From the NCBI GenBank assembly GCA_002633005.1, contig NMRA01000012.1, positions 1,925,992 through 1,989,991 on the forward strand: a stretch of DNA of 64,000 nucleotides, in the 5' to 3' direction. The notes under the pieces were generated by a model, which was given only the letters and a program-made list of their open reading frames with translations, did no database searches and was not told the origin of the DNA. The position numbers were made by a program, and so were the translations under genes. The stretch is from Phoronis australis (lineage: Eukaryota; Animalia; Phoronida). Shown here piece after piece: positions 1 through 21,961 of the stretch (its first letter is position 1; each line of letters begins with the position of its first letter).

Positions 1-30
1 CCAGATCGCATTTTATTCACTTCATTTTAG

Positions 31-3000
31 GTAAAGGAGTGAATATTTGGGACACATTTAGCCATGCTGGCGGAAAAACTGCTCACGACGATAATGGCGA
101 CGTAGCGTGTGACAGCTATCACAAATACAAGACGGATATCAAAATGCTTAAAGAACTGGGGGTAAATCTATGATATTATTAGTTTTGGTGACCAACGATA
201 GTTGCCGCTGGGAAACCTAGCTAAACCTTTGTTTGCTAAAGTAAATTACACAACTTTTGTAATGTTTCCTGAATTTAGAACACTGTGGTCGAACACTGAA
301 GTTTTATTGTATGAAAAAAATTATTAAATATGTTAAGGAAGAAAGCTATACTTCATTATTTATACATTTTATATTGTGCAAATCATCAAAAAATGATGAC
401 ATTTTGAACATTACTAACCATGCTGTGATCTATTGAAACATGGCTATTTTGGTTGTTAGTTTTGTTCGATTTTCAGAAAGCTTTACCGCCATAAAATGCA
501 CCTCAGAGCGAACAAGTGTTGATCCTCCGTATATTGCATAATGCTGTTAAAGATTTTTTTAAATGCTTTAATAACCTTGTAAACTGACTAAGTAACAAAG
601 GAATGACAAAGTCTACACTGGTAATTTGTTTCACGCAAACGGTTTGCTTGCATGGCACTTCAAGAAACCTAATCTTTTGTAACCGCCAGCTGAATGTGAA
701 TAGAATGGTCTTTTATTCAACAGGTCACCCACTATCGTTTCTCAATCTCCTGGTCCAGGCTGTTACCAAACGGTACATTGAGTGGTGGTATAAATAAAAA
801 AGGAATTGACTACTACAACAAGTTGATAGACGGTCTGACTGCGGTGGGAATCAAGCCGTTCGTTACCTTGTACCACTGGGACCTTCCTCAGCCATTACAA
901 GACAAGTACAATGGGTGGTTAGGAGAAGAGCTGGTCGACATATATGCTGATTATGCCGATCTCTGCTTTAAGACTTATGGAGACAGGGTCAGTCATTCCC
1001 GAATTCAACAATTCTTCCTTAGAATACCTAATGCTCGCAGTGTACCCATGCATAGATCTATTCTACTCGCTCTTCTGCTAAACGAATGAACCAGCGTCAG
1101 AACCGCGTAAAAAGAGATTAGTCTCAAACAGTTTAACACTTCCTTCGTAAAAATCAATGGTGCATGAAGTTGGTGTAAAGAAAGGATTACCACGGGGTAC
1201 TTGGACTGTCATTCACAAAAATTTTAGACGTTAAGACAAAGCTAGAAAGTTTATTTCAAAATATGATGACCATCTTGGGGATGAATTTGATATTGACGGG
1301 AGGCTCAAATAATAATTGTAAAGTTGGTTACGATCGTGCGGGAGGTGAAGTTGGTTGCGATCTGAGACGGGCTGAAACACCGGGTTGGTTGGTTACCTAC
1401 CAGGGGTAACATTAACGACCTAACCTGAGGTGAATTAGGTGAGGATCTGATGGAAGGTGAGAATGATGATGACGACCTGACATGGTGTGGGTGAAATCGA
1501 TGATGACGTGAAAGGAAGTAGTTGTTGACAACTTGGTTATAGTTAACTGACCACCTTACGGAAGGTGAAGTCGATGATGTCCTGACGGGAGGTAAAGTTT
1601 AAGTGACGATTAGACGGAAGTTGAAATTGGTGATAACCTGACGGGAGACGAAGCCTTGATGACGACCTGACGGATGGTGAAATTGGTGATACTCTGTCGG
1701 GAAGTGAAGTTGGTCACTTCTGGTCGGAGGGGAAAGTTGATGATCGGGGAGAACAGAAAAAAATAAATTTTAATCCACGCCACCAGGCTTGTGATCGAGA
1801 CCCCAGTTCAAACTTCTGGGGAGCCAGCACTCGTTTGTGGTTTCAGGTTTAGTCACGTCATTTTCTTCAACAGGTGAAACACTGGTTGACATTCAACGAG
1901 CCTTGGTGCTCAACAGCTCTGGGCTACGGAAATGGTCAACATGCGCCCGGCATAACAAAAGCGGCTACCGGCCCGTACCAAGCAGCACACACTGTCATAC
2001 GGGCGCACGCCAAGGCGTACAGAAACTACGAAGCCAAATATAAAAATAAGCAGAAAGGTTTGTTTGATCATTCCAAAATATATTGATTTCACCGGGACGT
2101 GAAAATAACTTTTAAGACTGTATAATTTCAATGGACCAATTACCAGTTGCAAGCCACATCTGCAGTCAATTTGCAAACTGTCTTGTACACTGAATACGTT
2201 AAATTCATCGACTTTTTACGTGTTCAGGTTTCGTCTCGATCACTCTGAATTCGGACTGGAAAGAACCCAAAGACTGGAATAACGAAAAAGACGTGGAAGC
2301 CGCTGAGATGGCTCAAGAATTCTTTCTTGGTTGGTTTGCCCACCCAATATATGTGGATGGTGACTATCCACAGGTTATGAAAGATCAGGTAATTGTTTGA
2401 ACGAATAATCCGTGTCAAATTGAATTTGTATCCGGTCTCATATTGTTAAAAAACGCCTGCGTCAGCTTTCTAACATCCGGGATATTGTTCTCACGCGATG
2501 CTTTTATTATATTTCATTTAGTCTCGTTAATTCCACTTTCTAAAATCTTTCCTAAATATGAAGATGAACAACACATCACTCGAGAAGTTTTAAGCGAAAA
2601 CGAATAACCGGTCTTAATTTGTTTAAAAGTTTCTGAATCCTTGTTTTTGCCATTTTGTTTGGTTTATCCGATTGTTTGAAATTGAAACTAGGCAAAATTT
2701 AACGAGTTCTCACAAAGTTTTGATTTTCGAAGAACCCGTTGAGGTCATCGGCATTTGATTGGTGGCTATGTTTCAAACGTTTCTGGGGACACCGATTCCT
2801 GTCTGTGGGACTTTTTGTGCTCGAGTAATAAATCATGGTTCGTTTCAATGTATAGCATGCAAACATCGTTCCAATTTCAATTTTAGGTCTCTCGTTTGCC
2901 AAATTCGAATTCAACAAGGTTAAGTTTGTTTTTGTTTCAGGCAAGCTGGTCACCTAAGTTTGCCACGTGGTTCCGTGTGTAAATTGGTTGTTTCAAGAGG

Positions 3001-6000
3001 CTTATCAAAGTATCACGCTATTCATCCCTTAAAGTGCATATCCCGGGGTAAATGAATAAAATAGATTTTCTATGGTCTGGCTTAGTAACTCTCCCCCCCT
3101 CCCCCAGTGTTTTCATTGGCGTCAGTATTGTAGTCGGCAATACATTTTCCAAACGTTTTATTTGAACAAAGAAACAAAAGAGTTTGAAGATTATATTTTA
3201 TCTAGAGTTTCGTTCAAGTTCACTTGCTCGACATTTTGTATAACCGGTTCCCAAAGCCACGGCAACCTCAGGCCCAAGTCCCATAGATTTTTCAGACAGA
3301 CGGTGTTACAATTGGGTCCAGGGAACACAGATCTTGGCACCGCCACCAATTCTTTGTCGTCAAGTTCGTTGCCATCGTTCTCGTTATACAAATCGCACCG
3401 TTAACTTTGAAAGCGCTCGATTTCTTAGTAAAAATCGGAAATGTCCACCATTGTTGGCTAATGATACACTGATAAGCACTGATTATGTCGTCCCGCGCTC
3501 GTATTTGGGAGAATTGAATCATGCAATATGTGCTTTATCTGAAAACAAGCGCCTGGAACATTCCAGAAGTTCAAGTCACGGTCTTCGAAATTTGAACTTG
3601 AGACGTGCCACAGTTTTCATGTACTCCTGTAATTGTCGTGGCGTGTTTTTGTTTGCCTTTCCGCAGGTGAAAAAGCACTGCGACATGGAAGGTCTTAAGA
3701 ACCGTCTTCCAGAGTTTACTGATGAAGAAAAGAAAATGATTAAAGGTAAACATTCTCTCTCTCTCTCTCTCCCTCTCCCTCTCCCTCTCCCTCTCCCTCT
3801 CCCTCTCTCTATTCGTTCACATTGTTTGTGGTGTCGTTATTGATGTATCGATTTTAGTAAAAGTTATGATAAATGATTCGTTTGAAATATTTCTTTTATG
3901 TGGTATTGTGGATTCATTTATATAACTTAGATTTGAACAACCCAATGATGTCAACTTATGCATGCGTATTTTAACTACAAAGGTTTTCTTAAACAATGGT
4001 ATATTGTTGCAAGTACGAAATAATGTTCCAACAGGTTCGTTCGACTTCTTCGGATTGAATTCTTACACCACTCAGTTAATCGCCTACAAGGCCATGGACA
4101 CGACAGCAGACACTGCCAGCTACTGGAACGATCAAGATAACGAGAGTTCTACTGATCCAGACTGGCCCTCGTAAGATTTGTCTGAGTTTTGCTTGTTTTG
4201 AAGTTTGCTATGACGAGGTGTTCCAACTGAGTGTGTAGTATGCAACATACGTGGACGGAAGGGTAGCCATGTCACAGCTATGGTTACTGTATAAGTTCGT
4301 GACATTAATAACTTTGATAATTGCAGCGACTGAATTGCAACGTTCAAACATTAATTGGAAGGGCTGTCGTCACTATGCCGCATTTTCTGAAGTTTGTTTT
4401 TTTTTTTTGACTAGCTTGAAATGCTCTTTGTCACTTATGGCATTCACCCCTACCCAATTGGTAAGGAAATTCAATGCCAGTAGTTGCCAGGGCTGCGCTC
4501 CGTTGACGCAAGACACTCGTGATGCCTTGGCGACAAGAAGTGTTGCCTCAGAAACACTAGCCCATGAGTGAACATTGCAACCTCACCGACTATATAACTT
4601 CAACAGCAGCCATTTTGGCAAGGTTCGCTAGTAAAGTCTAGAGCAAACTCGCAAGCATTCGCCTTTCACTCGCGTGATTTTACGTTGTCTTGTGCGAGTT
4701 TTGTCGCGTCTAAGGAATGCGGCCTTGCATGCTTTTGACTTTCACTGCATGGGCGGCGCAGCACTGAAAAAAATGGGGGAGCTAAAGCCCCCTCAACCCC
4801 CCTGTGGTGCACTGCTAAAGACCATATGCGGCGTAGCACAGAAAAAGTGGGGGCTATAGCCCCCTTAGCCCCCTATGGTGCGCCGCCCATGCACTCAGTT
4901 GTTTTTCGGAGCGATCAACAGGAGAAAGGTGTTGTTCCGTAGACGCACGACCGACTGACTCGCGAAAAAGCGAAATCACGTAAGTCTTCACAAAATATGA
5001 CCATGAATTGCCAGTAAAGCACGTGATCGTAGTAGCTTCACTTGTGTCTTGCGTCGACGGAACGCGCCCCGGGTTTAAATAAAAATCATAGCCAAGGTTT
5101 TGGAATGATCGTTCCGTAGAGATGAAAATTCAACACAGATCAGCTTAAAGTTACGAACACGTCTTAGGTTGTAAGTTGAAGCAGGCAAATGTTCTGCCAT
5201 GTCACTAACGCCTGCATTTTTTAGTTCTGGTTCCTCTTGGTTGTTTGCCGTTCCATGGGGTTTACGAAAGATGTTGAACTGGATTAAAAATCACTACGGA
5301 AATGTCCCCATCTACATCACGGAAAATGGGTTCTCCGACAGAAACTCGAGTATGACCGATGACTTCAGAATCTTCTTCTACAAGTATTACATCAATGAAG
5401 TTCTGAAAGGTAAACAGAAAACTAAACCCCCCATTACCTTCATTAGTTTTGAGTAGTCTTATTCTAGCACAAGTTATTCTTTGATCATGTGATTAGTTGG
5501 GTATATAAACCCATACTCCAGTGGAGATTTTAGTCCAGCGATTAGGTCCCTTGTCCTGGTACGTAGAGTTAGCTTGCGTATTAACTGAATTGCTAATAAA
5601 TAATCAGGGATGCTTACAGAAAAATATGCTCTATCAATTTAATTTGAAAATCTGGTTAGCGAAATGACACAAATCGTACTACGTGCAACGACCTGAGGTC
5701 CTACTGTCTTTTAGTTAAAGAGGTTACAGTGATGCAATGTCCCAATAAGTGAACCAACAGATACGGTACTTGAAAACTGAACGATGAATTATAACACCAC
5801 AGAAGGATTTCAAAATTCGATTAAAGATTGTCATTTAGTTCCACAGCTGATGGTTTTTGGATGGTTTTCTAAAATTGTATAACTAGTCTTCATTATAAGC
5901 ATACAGTTTTTTTTTTGAAGAGGACATGTTCTATGCAGCCCCTGGTTATTCAAGACGTGTTGCATTTTGTCCATTTCTAGCTGTGGTAGCCGACGGTGTG

Positions 6001-6195
6001 AATGTCAAAGGTTACATTGCTTGGTCACTGATGGACAACTTCGAGTGGGCGTCTGGTTATGATGAAAAATTTGGTCTTTACCACGTCGACTACACTGACA
6101 AAGACCGGACCAGAACGCCTAAGAAATCAGCCAAGTTCTTCGCCGAAGTTGTCAAAAACAATGGATTCCCGGCACCCGGTCGAAGACGTAGATGA
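31..6195 (+). CDS. Glycoside hydrolase family 1 beta-glucosidase (lactase-phlorizin hydrolase/GBA3-like), 5'-partial, 8 exons in window
   Basis: Exons 31-161, 724-987, 1874-2057, 2228-2388, 3667-3745, 4035-4170, 5225-5409, 5981-6195; all GT-AG with consistent phase. GH1 motifs: [43 protein letters not shown] (acid/base Glu), ITENG (nucleophile Glu), WSLMDNFEW. Stop TGA at 6193-6195. Upstream exon(s) lie outside the window. Confidence 0.95.
1290..1750. repeat. Degenerate minisatellite, ~27-28 bp unit (approx. CCTGACGGGAGGTGAAGTTGATGATGA), in GH1 intron
   Basis: Recurrent variants such as cctgacgggaggtaaagtt, cctgacgggagacgaagccttgatgacga and cctgacggatggtgaaattggtgata; boundaries approximate. 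Confidence 0.7.
3754..3810. repeat. (CT)n/(CTCTCC)n microsatellite
   Basis: Read directly, just after the GH1 exon donor at 3745. Confidence 0.95.
4487..5072. mobile_element. Older MITE-like element with ~30-bp imperfect terminal inverted repeats, hosting a nested MITE
   Basis: ccagggctgcgctccgttgacgcaagacac at 4487 matches the reverse complement of gtgtcttgcgtcgacggaacgcgccccgg ending at 5072. Internal segment 4571-4680 resembles 24842-24952. Confidence 0.65.
4748..4891. mobile_element. MITE family A (TIR CATGGGCGGCGCA, 5-bp TSD), copy 1
   Basis: Perfect 13-bp TIR catgggcggcgca...tgcgccgcccatg; flanks cactg/cactc; homologous to copies at 24680 and 26116. Confidence 0.85.
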
Positions 6196-6242
6196 CTGCC
6201 ACTCATGCTGGGCATTTAATGTCTTTTGAATTTGTTATAGTA

Positions 6243-6248
6243 AATAAA
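6243..6248 (+). promoter_or_regulatory. Candidate polyadenylation signal of the GH1 gene
   Basis: AATAAA about 50 nt after the stop codon, followed by T-rich sequence. Confidence 0.55.
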
Positions 6249-7310
6249 TTTACTTATTGACGACTTTTATCGTTAATTTCTTTTCTAGAACTGTTACGCA
6301 GCTCTACATAACTAATAAGCTGTGAAAACTATAGGCTCGTTATTCACCATTGGATCTGCTCACTGCGAGTAAAATCACGACTCAAGATATTTATCTCATG
6401 TTAACAGATTTATTTCTGAGAAACTACGACCAAAATAATCAACTAAACATACAGTAAAGTATACTTCGATCAGTACAATACGTAAATGCCCAACAATCAG
6501 AGAATTACAGATAATGTTTGACAGCCGTGACAGTACATTCTGTTTTGTCGTTGCAGTGGTTGAAGTTCTTCATTATACTCTTATATAAAGCATTAATTAT
6601 TTCTTTTACTAAAAACATTACTTGAAAAGTATTGACTATTTACGGGTCTAGTGAATGTAATCTGAATGACATGTTTACAATATAGGACACGACATAATAA
6701 ATAAACTGAAGATTTAAAGTGTATTTTTAAACGGCATTAGGCCTACTTATACACGGTGCTGTTACAAAGCCGACTCGCCAAAGTAGAATTGAACACAGTA
6801 GAACTACCGTGCGGTGCTACTACCCGAGTAACCAACTACGAATAATACGAATTGTGAGAAACCCTTTAAATGAGGTTGAATGAGTGAAATTCAGTCATTG
6901 CAAGCTTCCGATAACGGATATGAAGACGAAGAGCTCATGCCTTGGCACAACGTTCAGATGCAGTTCTGCTGCTGGGGAAATTGGAATTAAATAATTATCA
7001 AAGTGACAGCTGAAAGTTGCTGTTCATGTATGTAATTTTTCTAGCTATTAGTCCCACGATCACCCATTTCTCCTCAACCGGAACTTGTGTCACATCGGAG
7101 GAATATGTTAACAGTTAATCAATCATTTAGTGAATGAGATCGCCAATAGTTAAAAAACAGCAATAAAGGTTTGTTAAATTCATATTATTTTATCAAAATG
7201 TGATTTTCTTTAGTGCAATGCAATTATTTCAAAGTGAACGTTATTATTTGAGTGAACGTGCCAAATTTCCTATTATACTCAAAACGTACCCAAGAGTGGC
7301 GTAGATGAAG

Positions 7311-9215
7311 CAGTGGCGGATCTACCGTTTTCAGCAAGGGGAGGCTTAGGATTTCCGCCAAGATCGAATCCTAGGCGCGTAGCGCCGAGCGGGGGGAGGT
7401 CGGGAGGGGGGTTTCCCTCCCGTGTAAGATATTTTTTTGTTTTTGTAGCCAAATAGTGAAATTTCCATGCACTCTGGTAAGTTTCTGGCACTTAACATGT
7501 CTCTGGAGTTTTTCTTAAAACCCTTCTCGATTTCGTCACATGAACTTGGCACATAAGTTTCGTGAAACCATATTGTGCACATCTGGGTATGAGTCACGCC
7601 ACCAGAAAAATTTTTTGTTGGAACATCTGCTTACACACACCTTTTTTTAGCATACGAAAAGTTGTATACGAAAAAGTGTGGTGTGTATACAGGGGTTTAG
7701 ACATTTTCCAAATATTCAAGAGCCTAATTAAGGACCACCGACGGGGCGTAAAAACTTGAATATCAGATGATCGCGTAACAGCAGCCTCAAGTTGTTTAAG
7801 AACGAAGACCTGTACTGTTAGTCCGGAAATAAACATGTGTTCTGTCTCGTTACGAGAAAAACTGGCGAACGATGGTGCTCTCAACTCTTGTCTATTATTA
7901 AAAGCGACAATAAATAATTAGGTATCACTTTATTAAGCTGAATCACGTTGACAACAATTGAAAAACGTCAAATCTATCAGGAAACAAATCATCTGAAAAC
8001 AGTTTCACGAAACCAAAACATCCTGTGCACAGTGGTGAAANCCCCAAATAGTAAAGTGCACTTGGAGGCTTTTTCTCTATCTAAAATAACTCTCAAAGAC
8101 ATTGATGCAATTTGGACACCTCCCAAAAATTTACTCACAATTCAATTGACAATAAATGCATTGCTTTTTGACTTGTTGTTTAAACTCACTAACAGGGGAT
8201 CAAAAAAGAATTAAATCAAGGTAAACGCATTGCTATTGGATTTGATTGCTGGGTTCTGATTTACATGTTTATGAATCTATGAAAATGGAATGATTGAGAG
8301 ATGATTTTTTTGACAATAAAAAACTAATTTTGTAAGAAATAACATTGCTTCAATGAACTTAGTTCCAGGCCGACATTGGGAAAATTCGATCTATCATCAT
8401 ATCCCCAAAAATAAAAGTATACTAAACATTTTTGCCTATCTGAAATAAGTCTCATTGGAAATTGAATTTCGGACAGCTCTACAAACTTAGTAGGCCAAAA
8501 CCGGGTCATTACGGCGTTTTCCCGTTGCTCGAGTCCCAACTTGTCCGATCTACGGCCCAACAACAAGTTGGGAAGAGCACCTTGCAGCCATTGTCTTACA
8601 CGACTGATTAACTCTATTCTGGCATTGATGGTTGGAGGGCCAGCTCTCTTTTGTTCGATAATTGCTCTAATTGCACCAATAAGATCGTATTTAGCCTGAC
8701 TGCATGAGCTGTGCCGTAAAAAATAAAAGTTAAGTTTTAACATAATTTGAACATAAACCAATAGCATTTCTGAATTTTTCGTCAATTGCTGATCATGTTT
8801 AGTTTTGAATAGCCACAATCGCCCCGAACCGAAGTTACGACTATCTATTCTTTCCGAACGTACCAAGTCGCTCTGAGTTTGATTGTGGTAACACGTACGG
8901 TCTGTAGCCTGGTAGATAATTGGCCTGCCTGTTGTCACACTAGACAAAAGACTGCTTGGCAGTTAACAAAAAAGCTATTTGCTATCACACGCTCACAACC
9001 CTTTACGTCACATGCGCGCACCCAGCCTAAATTATAGGGAAGCTCGAATTTTTCGAGTGAACCCCCCTCCCAAGTTGGTTTACTTGGGGTTGACACAAGC
9101 TAGTGCGGGTGCCGTTTTTGTTTTGCTGGAGACGCTTTGTTTTTTTTTAATTTTTGGGTCCTGGCTCGAGGGGGGGTTTAAACCCCCTGAACCCCCCCCC
9201 GTAGATCCGCCACTG
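7311..9215. mobile_element. 1.9-kb non-autonomous DNA transposon with perfect 15-bp TIRs and 5-bp TSD
   Basis: CAGTGGCGGATCTAC (7311-7325)...GTAGATCCGCCACTG (9201-9215); TGAAG duplicated at 7306-7310 and 9216-9220; no recognisable transposase ORF inside. Confidence 0.9.
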
Positions 9216-10388
9216 TGAAGTAATATCCCACGATTTTGGAAAGTTTGTGCAAACGATGCATTTTATCGGATAGTGGGCTCAGAGCGATGCTCTTAACATA
9301 CTGTACTAAGTATCCAAATTTAGAGGTGTTACCGTTCAAGTTTCACACTCAGGCTCATACGGCTCGCCGTGCACTTCAGTGTTCGTCACCTTCAGACGTA
9401 GGACGAAAAAAACGACTGTTTCAGTCCGCTTTACTTGAAAAGAAAAAGTCACGTTAATACTTGACTATAGCCGCAGAGTTGACACAAACGGCGCGGTGCC
9501 TTACAGTCCTATAGGGCCTAAACACGTAGGCCCTATTGAAAAGGTAAGTGCGTAGTAGGGGCCTACAGGCTCAGTGTAAAATATATAGGCATAGGCCTAC
9601 TGCCGGGTGAACCCCCGTAGGCAACTGACCCGCCATCACTACGAGTGTCTTTACGGAGCCTTTATGGACGAGAGTGAGGTTCACAAGTAAGCCGTAAAGC
9701 CCAGTGTTGCCGTTACCGGACGGACACCAACAATTATTGGGTTGATGAGACCATTCCCTTGTTTGAAGGGCCAGGGTTTTTCTAGACGTTGTCCTCAGGC
9801 CAATCAGTCACCCGCCGCGACGACTCAGTCTGAGCCCGGCGTCTGAACGAGTTCAGTAACGCTAGCATCTCGCTAGAAAAGCGAGATAAAACAAAATTTT
9901 TCGAGATATCACCGTGTACTTTCAATGAGAGCCCATGATTTTGGTTGGCTTCTATTCTTGCCGCGAGACAGATATTAAACTCAACCCCTCTTGCATGTCT
10001 TTGTCAGGATCACGGTAGATGCGAGCCCAATCCTCCATTAGCAGGAGAATGAACATGATTGGTTGAAGTTGCAAAAAGAGGGTTTAATATCCTAAAATTG
10101 ATAACCCTTGCAGGTGCGCATGGTACTAGAGTCACTAGTGGTTGTCTCCACAAATCCTGAGGACAAATGATACCTTGAAGCATGTTAACCCCATGTTTAA
10201 TTGTAATGTATAGTCATCATGATCCAAACTTATCCAGAAAATTGTATTGACATTTTCTGAATTTGTCACTATGAACAATCAAAAATGATTAAAGGCACTT
10301 GAAGTAATTTGTTATCGTGAATTTTTCAATTGCAACGTTCTGTTCAAATTGTTACCTTTGAAACATTTTAATCGACTAATTAGCACAC

Positions 10389-11052
10389 ATTCCAATACGG
10401 GCCAGTATGGGAATCCCTGGGACGGTGATAGTGACTGCCTAAAGTGTGAAAACAAAGTGCCTGTTTCGAATTATGATCAGACCATTTCACAATGTTTAAT
10501 ATAAATTGTACTTTGGTTGACACAAATATTTACATGTTGGGAGCTTGCATTCGCGTCATTTTGAAGCCGAAAGTTTGATCGCCGAGCGATGACGGGTCGG
10601 CTGTCCCGAGAGTGTGTCCCGTATTGGAATCGGCGACAGTAGGCCTTTAAAGTTGGTAGAAAATACGTGGAAACTTAACAGCATACTTTAGCATGGTCTT
10701 TTTATGAGTAGCAATATTCAACTTCGTCTAAAATGTTCTGGTAGAAGCTAAATTTTCAAAATTATTTGCCTTGCACTCCTGCAACTCGTAATAGCCGCCA
10801 TCTTGAATTTAGACTTGGTCAGCCTCGTACAAAGATTGAGGATTTAATAGCAACACGACGTTGTGGGTGTCTGTTTTATATTAAAACTATGAAAGGAAAC
10901 CTCCATTTTATGAAAACATAGCGAATTATAAAGTTTTGTACTCAATTTATCGTTTTAAAGTATTATTCCAATACGGGCCGCCCGTATTGGAATTCCAATA
11001 CGGGAACGGCCCGTATCGGAATATTCCGATTGTGGCCGACTTCCAATACGGG
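10389..11052. repeat. Cluster of seven ATTCCAATACGGG motifs in both orientations, including a perfect 24-bp palindrome
   Basis: Copies at 10389(+), 10618(-), 10965(+), 10981(-), 10992(+), 11010(-, 1 mismatch), 11041(+, 12/13); palindrome CCCGTATTGGAATTCCAATACGGG at 10981-11004. Confidence 0.85.
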
Positions 11053-11114
11053 CCGGAACACGATCACGAAGTTTTCCTGTCTCATAAAGAGACACCTAGT
11101 GGAGAAAAAAGGCA

Positions 11115-11142
11115 GTCATGTGACGTCATTTTCGCCATATTG
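11115..11142 (+). promoter_or_regulatory. Putative VPS4 proximal promoter: overlapping E/M-box (GTCATGTGAC), CRE (TGACGTCA) and YY1-like motif (CGCCATATTG)
   Basis: GTCATGTGAC 11115-11124, TGACGTCA 11121-11128 and CGCCATATTG 11133-11142 lie 67-94 nt upstream of the VPS4 ATG. Motif match only. Confidence 0.5.
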
Positions 11143-11208
11143 AATACAAGAGGAAGCTAAACAAATTTGTGCAATTCAGAATTTCAACACCCATGAATTG
11201 TTTAGGAG

Positions 11209-21961
<10,753 letters not shown>

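Noticed and set aside
8324-8947. 207-aa minus-strand ORF inside the 1.9-kb transposon
   Set aside because: Non-ATG start and no recognisable transposase or other domain motifs; probably a chance ORF.
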